From a virus (Duplodnaviria; Caudoviricetes), in IMG/VR virus record IMGVR_UViG_3300006922_002478, positions 1-32,026 of that record: 32,026 bases of DNA; one strand, 5' to 3'. Below the pieces are notes generated by a model. That model was not told the DNA's origin and searched no databases. It worked only from the letters and a program-made list of their open reading frames with translations. Position numbers and translations under genes: made by a program. This document shows positions 1 to 8,401 of this stretch, piece after piece. Each line of letters opens with the position of its first letter. Positions within the stretch are counted from its first letter, which is position 1.

Positions 1-522
1 CAAGCACTTGATACATGGGTAGTAGATGATTTATACTATGCGGGTTATAAAAAGTTTTTAAAGTTGTTTGATAATTCTAACGATCGACATGTTGACTATG
101 GTAACGGAACTTTATATTATAAAAAAGATATGCAGTATCCTACAGACATTGATCCTAGAGAAGAGTACTTAATGTTTATTAAGTTTCAGCTACAAGATTT
201 GCCTATCCGTATTAAAGATTTTAAAAAAGCATGGGGCGTAAAATATCCACCAGGTGCATACAGCGGATTACATTCACATCAACCTGGAAAACAACTAACA
301 AGTGTGTTATTTTTAGACACACCAAAACCAAGTGTAGAATATCCTTTAGCAGGTTGTTTAACTACACTACAGCCAACAAACAGTGAGATTCAATACTTAA
401 CACATAAGCCTATTGAAGGCAAAATGGTAATCTTAGATGGTAAAGTATGGCACGGATCTTATCCTACACTAGAAGATAGACACGTATTTGTTGTAGACTT
501 TGAATATGAAGGTGTAATATAG
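1..522 (+). CDS. putative 2OG-Fe(II) oxygenase / cupin-fold protein (5' truncated by window)
   Basis: Frame is open from base 1 (QALDTWVVDDLYYAGYKKFLKLFDN...), so the TTG at 64 is probably not the start. It has W-x4-P-x3-YSGLHSH, a distal WHGSYP and a C-terminal R-x-VFVVDF, the HxH...H...R pattern of phage DSBH oxygenases. Paralogue of the next ORF. Confidence 0.7.
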   Translation, partial: QALDTWVVDDLYYAGYKKFLKLFDNSNDRHVDYGNGTLYYKKDMQYPTDIDPREEYLMFIKFQLQDLPIRIKDFKKAWGVKYPPGAYSGLHSHQPGKQLTSVLFLDTPKPSVEYPLAGCLTTLQPTNSEIQYLTHKPIEGKMVILDGKVWHGSYPTLEDRHVFVVDFEYEGVI

Positions 523-1127
523 TGGATATAGAAACTTTAGATACTGCATATCAAGGTGACAAAGACTTTTTTTGGTTATGTTATAACGGACGTATACCTG
601 ACTATTGGATTAGTAAAGACAAATATACAGACTATAGTAAATTTTTAGAACTATTTGATAATCCACCAAAGTCACATATAGATTATGGCGGCGCAGTAAT
701 ACAATATAAAGACGACGACTTCGCATATCCTTATAATGTAGATCAACAAGGTGTATATTTAGAATGGATTAAAAAGTCTATAGAAAAGTTTCAGTTTAAA
801 AATATAAAATTTAAAAAGTGTTGGTGGTTAACATACCCAGAGAATACTTTTTCAGGATTACATACACATGAAGATAGAGGACAACGCACAATGACATGTG
901 TTATGTTCTTAAACACAATATCAATAAGCACAGAAACACCACTAAATGGTAAATTAAAAGCAATTACTGTAAATCCTGTAACAGGTGAATTAGTAAGTGA
1001 TATGATAAAATGCATAGCAGGAGATGTAGTGGTTATGGATGGTAAAGTTTACCATGGCGTATATCCTACACTAGAAGAAAGAAAGGTATTTGTAGTTGAC
1101 TTTACATATGATGTAGAAATTGACTAA
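522..1127 (+). CDS. putative 2OG-Fe(II) oxygenase, tandem paralogue of upstream gene
   Basis: GTG start overlaps the upstream TAG. Motifs FSGLHTHED, YHGVYPTLEERKVFVVDF align with the upstream ORF. Confidence 0.7.
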   Translation: MDIETLDTAYQGDKDFFWLCYNGRIPDYWISKDKYTDYSKFLELFDNPPKSHIDYGGAVIQYKDDDFAYPYNVDQQGVYLEWIKKSIEKFQFKNIKFKKCWWLTYPENTFSGLHTHEDRGQRTMTCVMFLNTISISTETPLNGKLKAITVNPVTGELVSDMIKCIAGDVVVMDGKVYHGVYPTLEERKVFVVDFTYDVEID

Positions 1128-1206
1128 TGATAAGGTTCAGTTCTTGTCAGCAATCACCAAGATTGCAAATACATACAGTATATAAAGAAACATAAAAGGA
1201 AACAAT

Positions 1207-3036
1207 ATGACACAGTGGATTGGAGCAATCACAAGAGGACATAACGGCGGCGCCGTATTATTAAAAGATGGTGAAATTGTATTTTCAATCGAAGAAGAAC
1301 GTCTAACTCGTAAAAAATACGACGGTGGACCACTTGCCGCAATGATTAAATTTCTTGATTATACAGATAAATTAGATTATCTTGTAGTAGCACATACACA
1401 ACCATTAGCAGAATCAAGTAGGATTGACTTTAGTGGTGGTGATATGTATACAGGATTAGCAAGGAAACTAGGACTAATTGATAGAAACGATAATGCTTAC
1501 ACAGCAGATGGCCAACATAATCATAGGCAAGTAATTGACCTAAGTCACATACATCATAAACTACATGCGGCCTGTGCATTTTATCGTTCAGGATTTGAAT
1601 CAGCAGTAAGTGTTATTGTTGATGGAGCAGGTACATTTATACCAATGAACATTAACATGGGAGTGTTTAACGAAGAATACATGTCATGGGAATGTGAAAG
1701 TATCTTTAATTGTGCATATCCTGATAACTTTAAAACTTTATATAAGCATCAAGGCGGTAACGGGCCTTTTCCAGGAACACGTATTCCGTATATTCCATCA
1801 GACCGCGAAGGTGAAGAAGGATTTCATGAACTTGTACTAGATGACAGTGCAGGTATTGTTAAAGCATACGAAGCAGTAACACAATATTGTGGATTCCAAC
1901 CTATTGAAGCAGGTAAAACTATGGGACTTGCGCCATATGGTAAGAAAAACTTAAATATTCCTCCAATTTATTCTGATGGTAATGGTGGCAAATGGCGAAC
2001 AAGTGATAGAAACGTTGTTATTCCAACATATCCAAATGCGGCTTTAATAAATGAAGCAAAATATGACTATTTAGAAACAGCACAAGATACAATTGATAAT
2101 AAAACTGACTTAACTACCCAAGAAAACCGTAGAGACTTAGCATATGCAGTACAAGAAGGATCACAACAAGAAGTATTGAACCTTATTTTTAAAGCAGTTG
2201 AAATGTCTGGCAATAAAAATGTAGTACTAAGTGGAGGCTATGCACTTAACTGTGTTGCAAACTACTGGTACCTTGATAAGTTGAATAAAGAAGGTATTAA
2301 GTTATATGTTGAACCTGTTAGTAACGATGCAGGCACAGCAATGGGTGCGGCTATGTTAGTATATCATCAAACTACTAAAGACAAAACTGTAAGACATTAT
2401 GCAGAAACAATCTACGAAGGTTTTGAATACACGTATACTAATGATCAAATTGAAGACACTGCAAACAAGTATGGTGCTTCGGTTATAGATGCAGATAATA
2501 AAAAAATTATAGAATTGATCAGAAGTAAAAATATTGTTACATTATTTCAAGGCAAAAGCGAAAACGGCCCACGTGCATTAGGAAATAGAAGCATACTTTT
2601 TGATCCAACACACGAAGATGGTAAGGATTATGTAAACAAAGTAAAGCGTAGAGAGTATTTTAGACCCTTTGCGGGAAGTATTCTTTTAGAACATGCACAC
2701 GAATGGTTTGATATGCGTGGATTAGAGCAAACACCGCATATGATGTATGCTATGGATTGTCAAGAAGGCATTGCAGAAAAGATTCCAAGCATCATTCATG
2801 TTGATGGTACTTGTAGAATTCAAACTGTGACCAAAGAACAAAACAAACACTACTATGAGCTTATTGAAGAGTTTCATAAACAAACAGGTGTTCCAATTAT
2901 TTTTAATACTAGTTTTAATTTAGGTGGTGAACCTTTAGTTGAAACATTAGATGATGCTGTACGTACACTATACAATAGTGAAATGGAGTATTGTTATCTA
3001 CCTGAGTATGGCAAACTAATTGAAATGAAAAACTAA
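1207..3036 (+). CDS. O-carbamoyltransferase, NodU/CmcH/TobZ family
   Basis: Family motifs: GHNGGAVLL..EEERLTRKK, HHKLHAACAF, VDGAG, GKTMGLAPYG, LSGGYALNCVAN, NDAGTAMG, ENGPRALGNRS, KRREYFRPFA, HVDGTCRIQTV, NTSFNLGGEP. AAGGA SD upstream. Confidence 0.95.
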   Translation: MTQWIGAITRGHNGGAVLLKDGEIVFSIEEERLTRKKYDGGPLAAMIKFLDYTDKLDYLVVAHTQPLAESSRIDFSGGDMYTGLARKLGLIDRNDNAYTADGQHNHRQVIDLSHIHHKLHAACAFYRSGFESAVSVIVDGAGTFIPMNINMGVFNEEYMSWECESIFNCAYPDNFKTLYKHQGGNGPFPGTRIPYIPSDREGEEGFHELVLDDSAGIVKAYEAVTQYCGFQPIEAGKTMGLAPYGKKNLNIPPIYSDGNGGKWRTSDRNVVIPTYPNAALINEAKYDYLETAQDTIDNKTDLTTQENRRDLAYAVQEGSQQEVLNLIFKAVEMSGNKNVVLSGGYALNCVANYWYLDKLNKEGIKLYVEPVSNDAGTAMGAAMLVYHQTTKDKTVRHYAETIYEGFEYTYTNDQIEDTANKYGASVIDADNKKIIELIRSKNIVTLFQGKSENGPRALGNRSILFDPTHEDGKDYVNKVKRREYFRPFAGSILLEHAHEWFDMRGLEQTPHMMYAMDCQEGIAEKIPSIIHVDGTCRIQTVTKEQNKHYYELIEEFHKQTGVPIIFNTSFNLGGEPLVETLDDAVRTLYNSEMEYCYLPEYGKLIEMKN

Positions 3037-3635
3037 TGCTGGTAAACTTATATTCCATTCCAGTATATAAGATAAAATTACCGGAGCATGAACAAGTACA
3101 ACAAGACTTTGCTGATATACTTGATAAGGATGAGTATTTTAGCAAAGTACCTTCTTGGTACAGTCCTGTAGATACTACATATGGTAACCCTGATGCTTCG
3201 AACTTACCATTTAAGACGTTTATTAGATCAGCAATTACTGGACTAAACGAATATCTTGAAAACTTTAGTATAGACTTAAAATTAGATTATAGAATTGAGT
3301 GTTGGCTTAACAAATACAAACCTGGCTCATATCAAGAAGTACATAACCATGTAGGAGTTGCACAAATTAGTTGTGCTTACATGATGAACACACCAAAAGA
3401 TAGTGGCAACTTTGTATTCTATAACAAGGGCTATGACTTTTTACATCAATCAGGTCTTCCTGCATTGTCAACACAACCATTTAGATACAATAATAGAGTA
3501 ACACCTCCGTTAGAAGAAGGCGATATTGTATTTTTTCCTAGTAACTTAGAACATTACGTATCTAATAATACTAGCGACCAAATAAGGTCAACAATTAGTG
3601 CTAATTTTGTACTATCGGAGAAACAAGATGATTAA
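3036..3635 (+). CDS. putative 2OG-Fe(II) oxygenase (TIGR02466-like)
   Basis: WLNKYKPGSYQEVHNH, ISCAYM, EEGDIVFFPSNLEHYV, RSTISAN. TAATG overlap with the carbamoyltransferase stop. Confidence 0.85.
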   Translation: MLVNLYSIPVYKIKLPEHEQVQQDFADILDKDEYFSKVPSWYSPVDTTYGNPDASNLPFKTFIRSAITGLNEYLENFSIDLKLDYRIECWLNKYKPGSYQEVHNHVGVAQISCAYMMNTPKDSGNFVFYNKGYDFLHQSGLPALSTQPFRYNNRVTPPLEEGDIVFFPSNLEHYVSNNTSDQIRSTISANFVLSEKQDD

Positions 3636-4347
3636 AAACACAATTAATGAAGAAGAAACATTTGCTGTTAATGAAAACTACGACACAAGATTACATAAGT
3701 TTGGAAAAGCAGGTGTACATGTATTAGTAGTTGATAACTTTTATAAAAATCCGCACTTAGTAAGACAACTTGCTTTAGATATTCCAGCATCTGTTAATAG
3801 ACGTATTAGAGGCGGAAACCCTGCACTAAGAATTAATGCATTTTACGAGTTATCAAGTCTAGCTCAACCATATCATCACTTAGCATCAGAGTTTTTTCCG
3901 GAGATAATGTATCAATACGAACCAGGATATATGGATAGAAGCTTTATGAATGCAACATTTATGATTAATGTTATGCAATCAGAAGGACTACCCCCACTTG
4001 CACCACATCAAGATAATCGATCAGGTATTAATCTTGCTAGTACAATTTATCTAAACAATGAAAACGAATCTGCTGGCGGCACAAGTTTTTACGAGTTTGG
4101 TGGCAAACACTTTTATACTGAAAGTGTAGTAGACAATGACTTTAATGTCACTATGGATGTAGAAGGTAAGATTCCAGTAACACAATACATTACTGATAGT
4201 TCACATGACTGGGAAATGATTGGAATGATACCAATGCAATTTAATAGAATGGTATTATACAATCAAGCAGTATTACATACTGCATATGTTAAGCCGGGTA
4301 TGTTTGTAGATGATAACTACAGAATGAATCAGCAGTTTTTTATATAG
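3628..4347 (+). CDS. 2OG-Fe(II) oxygenase-like protein (DUF6445-like)
   Basis: VLVVDNFYKNP, PHQD, IYLN..GGTSFY, FNRMVLY..LHTA, RMNQQFF. Start placed at ATG 3628 behind GGAG (3617-3620) rather than 3598. Confidence 0.75.
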   Translation: MIKNTINEEETFAVNENYDTRLHKFGKAGVHVLVVDNFYKNPHLVRQLALDIPASVNRRIRGGNPALRINAFYELSSLAQPYHHLASEFFPEIMYQYEPGYMDRSFMNATFMINVMQSEGLPPLAPHQDNRSGINLASTIYLNNENESAGGTSFYEFGGKHFYTESVVDNDFNVTMDVEGKIPVTQYITDSSHDWEMIGMIPMQFNRMVLYNQAVLHTAYVKPGMFVDDNYRMNQQFFI

Positions 4348-4356
4348 GAGAATAGT

Positions 4357-4938
4357 ATGGATGATAATTTTGATGGAGTAGAAGTATACGATAACATCTT
4401 TCCTATTGATTGGTGTAAGCAAGTAATCAAAAGATTCGAAGAATTATCTTCAATGCAGATGACTGCAATACAACAGCAAGGTGTTGATAGGAATCAAGAC
4501 GAACGTATATACATGGATTGGGCAAATCACAACAGTCATTATCATGCAGACGAAGATTTATGTAAATTTTTCTTTGAAACACTAAACAAAACATATTTAG
4601 AAAAGTATAAAAAGAAATATGAGAGCTTAGGATTGCTATTTCAACATACAGCAAAAGGTATGAGCGTTCAAAAAACAAAACCACACCAAGGATACCATGC
4701 ATGGCATTGCGAAAATGCTGATGTAGCAACAAGCACACGGGTATTAGCATACACAATATATCTAAATGGTGTTGAAGAAGGCGGTGAAACAGAATTTCTT
4801 TACCAAGGACATAAAATTAAACCTGTTCCAGGTAGACTAGCTATCTTTCCTACATCGTTTACACATCCACATCGAGGCAATCCTATCTACAAAGGCGTTA
4901 AGTACATTATAAGCGGATGGTATACATTAGATCACTAG
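4357..4938 (+). CDS. 2OG-Fe(II) oxygenase, prolyl-4-hydroxylase-like
   Basis: GYHAWHCE (HxE), RVLAYTIYLN.VEEGGETEF, GRLAIFP..FTHPHRG, KYIISGW. AGGAG SD. Confidence 0.9.
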   Translation: MDDNFDGVEVYDNIFPIDWCKQVIKRFEELSSMQMTAIQQQGVDRNQDERIYMDWANHNSHYHADEDLCKFFFETLNKTYLEKYKKKYESLGLLFQHTAKGMSVQKTKPHQGYHAWHCENADVATSTRVLAYTIYLNGVEEGGETEFLYQGHKIKPVPGRLAIFPTSFTHPHRGNPIYKGVKYIISGWYTLDH

Positions 4939-4945
4939 GAACAAA

Positions 4946-6403
4946 ATGAAAATAGCAGTAGTAGGTGGCGGCACAGCAGGCTTTGTGTCAGCGTTAATAT
5001 TAAAAACAAGTTTTCCAAACTTTGAAATTGATGTAATTCGATCTACTAAGATTGGAACTATTGGTGTAGGTGAAGGTTCAACAGAACATTGGTCTGCCTT
5101 TATGGATTTTGTTGGTATTCAAACAGGCGAACTTATTAATGAATGTGATGCTAGTTTTAAATCTGGTATTATGTTTGAAGACTGGAGTGAGAAACCATAC
5201 TTACAAAGTGTTCATGAGCCATATGTTGCTGAACAACTAGGCGCACCAATTGCATATGCTAAATTGATTGGTGAAAAGGTAGATGCTAGAGAGTTAACAG
5301 GTGAATACCTTTGGAATAATGCAACACCATTTAATAAATTTATGGACGAGCGTCCTAATGATACCGGAGTAGCACAATATCATTTTAATACTGCAAAGTT
5401 AAATGACTTTTTAACTAAGTTTTCATTAGATAAAGGCATTAATGTTATTGATGACGAGATTACTAGTGTAAATGTTAGTGAATGGAACAAAGTAGAAACA
5501 ATACAAGGCGAAAAAGAATTATATAAGTATGATTTTTATATTGACTGCACAGGCTTTGCTAGGTTATTAATTGATGCAGTTGGTGCTGAGTGGCAAAGTT
5601 ATAGTAAGTATCTTAAAATGAAAGAAGCTATTGTATTTCCTACACCAGAAGGAGATGAAATCCCAATATGGACACTTGCAAAAGCAATGGATGCTGGTTG
5701 GATGTTTCGTATACCTGTTCAAGGACGTACAGGTAATGGTTATATATTTGATAGTGACTTTATTACAGCCGAACAAGCACAAACCGAAGTTGAAAAATAT
5801 TTAGGACACGGTGTTGAAGTAGCAAAACATATTAAATTTGATCCAGGCACACTTGACAAAGCATGGATAGGTAACGTATGTGCTATTGGTCTGAGTCAAA
5901 GTTTTGTAGAACCATTAGAAGCAAGTAGTATTGGTAGTAGCATTAATCAAACATTTTTATTAGCACAACGTCTTATAAATCATAATCAAGAAACAATTAA
6001 TAGGTACAATCTCGAAGTTAATGCTATTATGGATAACATTAGAGACTTTATTGTGTTACATTATATTACTGAAAGAAGAGATACACCGTTTTGGAAAGCA
6101 GTATCAGAAACACCTATACCAGATAGTTTAGATAAAAATTTACGTATGTGGAAAGTTAGAATGCCAATTGCTGACGATATGACTACACATACTAAAAAAG
6201 TTTTGTTTAATGAATACAACTATGCATTAGTAATGCATGGCTTAGGATTATTTGATAACGAAAGTATATTAAAACAATATGAAACAGTTCCGCAAGGTGC
6301 AAAGGATCATGTTGAACAAGCAATACAACACAAATTAGAATTTGATAAAACAAAAACTATTCCGCACAAATTAATGCTTCAATTGTTGCGGAGACTAACA
6401 TGA
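4946..6403 (+). CDS. flavin-dependent halogenase (tryptophan halogenase PrnA/RebH family) #1
   Basis: GGGTAG FAD motif, IGVGEGS, catalytic-Lys region DASFKSGIMF, IDCTGF, GWMFRIP (WxWxIP variant), FVEPLEASSIG, IRDFIVLHY..RRDTPFW. Confidence 0.92.
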   Translation: MKIAVVGGGTAGFVSALILKTSFPNFEIDVIRSTKIGTIGVGEGSTEHWSAFMDFVGIQTGELINECDASFKSGIMFEDWSEKPYLQSVHEPYVAEQLGAPIAYAKLIGEKVDARELTGEYLWNNATPFNKFMDERPNDTGVAQYHFNTAKLNDFLTKFSLDKGINVIDDEITSVNVSEWNKVETIQGEKELYKYDFYIDCTGFARLLIDAVGAEWQSYSKYLKMKEAIVFPTPEGDEIPIWTLAKAMDAGWMFRIPVQGRTGNGYIFDSDFITAEQAQTEVEKYLGHGVEVAKHIKFDPGTLDKAWIGNVCAIGLSQSFVEPLEASSIGSSINQTFLLAQRLINHNQETINRYNLEVNAIMDNIRDFIVLHYITERRDTPFWKAVSETPIPDSLDKNLRMWKVRMPIADDMTTHTKKVLFNEYNYALVMHGLGLFDNESILKQYETVPQGAKDHVEQAIQHKLEFDKTKTIPHKLMLQLLRRLT

Positions 6404-7266
6404 GAATATTTGCCTTTGGTTGTAGTTTAACACAATATTTTTATCCTACATGGGCTGACATCCTAATACATCATTATAAACAAGAAGGCGCCACTATTGG
6501 AGAGAACTGGGGACGTAGTGGTGCAGGTAATCAATATATTTCAACTCGGTTATGGGAAGCACATACTGAACATAAGTTTAATAAAGATGATATTATCTTA
6601 TTGCAATGGTCTAGTTTTTTTAGAGAAGATAGATTTCATATGGGCAAAGGCTGGCACACTCCAGGCAACTTTAGTAAAGCAACAGTAGGGCAGGACATTC
6701 CTTTTGTACTTAATAGTTGGCGTTACGAGTCTATGTGGCAATGGGCTGACATGGCGTGGGCTACAATGCGTGATTGTGCGTTGATAAGCAGTACACATAA
6801 AGCATTAGAAAGTCTAGGATGCAAAGTTATATCAACAGGATTTAGGGAACCTACTGAAGGTTGGGACGAACTTAGTAAAGAATTTAATACTAAAAATAAG
6901 TATTTAGAATTAGAAGATGTAAGAGCTATATTAGAAAAATATAAAGATGATATTAAAACTACATGTCCTCCAATACTTAATGCACTAGGCTTTGGAGTTG
7001 ACGACGAGTTTTTTGAAACAAGACCAACTAGTATACCTGATCCAAATCCAGAACTACTACACTTACATCAGCCCGAAGTACACCCACTTACACACGAAGC
7101 GGCGGACTTTGTACAAGAGCAGATATGCAAATTAAATAACGAAACTTTAGACTTTGTTAACAAATGGAAGCAAACACTAACAGCTGAAGATTCAATAAAA
7201 CTTTACGAATTAGACTGGTTTAACTCTGAAATACACGGCTGGTCAGATGATAGATGGAGACCTTAA
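6400..7266 (+). CDS. SGNH/GDSL-like hydrolase-fold protein
   Basis: Block I FAFGCSLT (GDS-like), block II GRSGAGNQYI, QWS..RED, block V-like EVHP. ATGA overlap with halogenase stop. Confidence 0.55.
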   Translation: MRIFAFGCSLTQYFYPTWADILIHHYKQEGATIGENWGRSGAGNQYISTRLWEAHTEHKFNKDDIILLQWSSFFREDRFHMGKGWHTPGNFSKATVGQDIPFVLNSWRYESMWQWADMAWATMRDCALISSTHKALESLGCKVISTGFREPTEGWDELSKEFNTKNKYLELEDVRAILEKYKDDIKTTCPPILNALGFGVDDEFFETRPTSIPDPNPELLHLHQPEVHPLTHEAADFVQEQICKLNNETLDFVNKWKQTLTAEDSIKLYELDWFNSEIHGWSDDRWRP

Positions 7267-7267
7267 A

Positions 7268-7831
7268 ATGAGTACACCTGTGATAGGACTAGACAGAGAC
7301 GGAACAATAAATGTAGACATAGGCACATATGTAACAAAGCCTGAGCAGTTTACACCTATTGAAGGTAGTTTAGAAGCAGTTAAAATGATACGCAACAAAG
7401 GTTACGATGTAGTTATTTTAACTAATCAAGCAGGCATAACAAAGGGTATAATGGATCCTGTAGATGTTGATATTGTTAACAACTATATGTTAGAATTACT
7501 TTGGAATGTAGGTTGTAGGAGTATTAACGGATTGTATTACAGCACATCTAATCTAAAAGATGATGTGTATGCTAAACCTAATACAGGTATGTTTAAGCGT
7601 GCCTCAGCAGAAATTGGGGTTGATTGGAAGAATGGTGTATACGTAGGTGACAAAATTAGTGATTTAAAAGCCGCTGTAAAGGCTAAAGCAAAGCCTATAT
7701 TAGTACGCACAGGCCATGGTGCTGAAACAATTAAGAAGTTAAATACATTTGCTAACAAAGACCTTAAAAAACAAACAGAAACATTTGATAACCTAAATCA
7801 ATTTGCTCATAGCCTAGTAGATTTAACATAA
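7268..7831 (+). CDS. gmhB: D-glycero-D-manno-heptose 1,7-bisphosphate phosphatase (HAD IIIA)
   Basis: LDRDGTIN, TNQAGI, KPNTGMF, VGDKISD, LVRTGHG. Start at ATG 7268 after GGAG 7256-7259. Confidence 0.85.
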   Translation: MSTPVIGLDRDGTINVDIGTYVTKPEQFTPIEGSLEAVKMIRNKGYDVVILTNQAGITKGIMDPVDVDIVNNYMLELLWNVGCRSINGLYYSTSNLKDDVYAKPNTGMFKRASAEIGVDWKNGVYVGDKISDLKAAVKAKAKPILVRTGHGAETIKKLNTFANKDLKKQTETFDNLNQFAHSLVDLT

Positions 7832-7859
7832 ATTGTACTGTTACATATCTTTGTAAAAC

Positions 7860-7867
7860 GATAAATA
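7860..7867 (+). promoter_or_regulatory. T4-late-like promoter box GATAAATA
   Basis: One mismatch to the T4 late consensus TATAAATA, in the intergenic gap before the structural cassette. Confidence 0.65.
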
Positions 7868-7885
7868 CAATATGGAGCATGAACA

Positions 7886-8398
7886 ATGAATAAACTTCTG
7901 ACAAATCTTTTTAGTAAAGGTGCAAATAACACCATTCATCTGCCGAGCAGATCAAGTTTTAGTTACAGAGGTAGCTGGATTGGAGTCCAATATAATACTG
8001 TTGTAGACTCATTTCATTTAGGTGAATATAGCAGTGCAGTGTATCAAATTACAGTAGAGTTTGATTCAAATGAAAAAGAAATTATGCAACTTTCAGTAGT
8101 TGCTAGACCAGATAGAGCTGTTGCAACTATATTCGGACGTTCAAGTATTAACCAAGAATTAGTAAATTTATCTGTCACAGTTGATGCAAGTGAAGTAAAA
8201 ATTAATGCTAGTCCAACGTCAAATATTTACGCTGGTGCAAAGTTAATTTTTCATGCTACATATGCAAAAACTATTCATCAGCTTACTCCTCCTGCAATAG
8301 TCGCAGATGTATCCACTGTAGAGGAGTCTGGGGTAAATACTTTTGATGCAACAACTACGTATTTCGATAATACAAACATAACATTTGATAAGGTGTAA
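7886..8398 (+). CDS. putative virion structural protein
   Basis: Beta-rich protein ending TFDATTTYFDNTNITFD. Follows a late box and GGAG SD; directly precedes the gp9/10-like gene. Confidence 0.5.
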   Translation: MNKLLTNLFSKGANNTIHLPSRSSFSYRGSWIGVQYNTVVDSFHLGEYSSAVYQITVEFDSNEKEIMQLSVVARPDRAVATIFGRSSINQELVNLSVTVDASEVKINASPTSNIYAGAKLIFHATYAKTIHQLTPPAIVADVSTVEESGVNTFDATTTYFDNTNITFDKV

Positions 8399-8401
8399 GG
8401 A

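Noticed and set aside
1128-1206. Hairpin GCAATC-ACCAA-GATTGC (1150-1166) and ATACATA box before the carbamoyltransferase
   Set aside because: Only a 6-bp stem with no U tract, and the box is a weak late match; too little to call a terminator, promoter or RNA.
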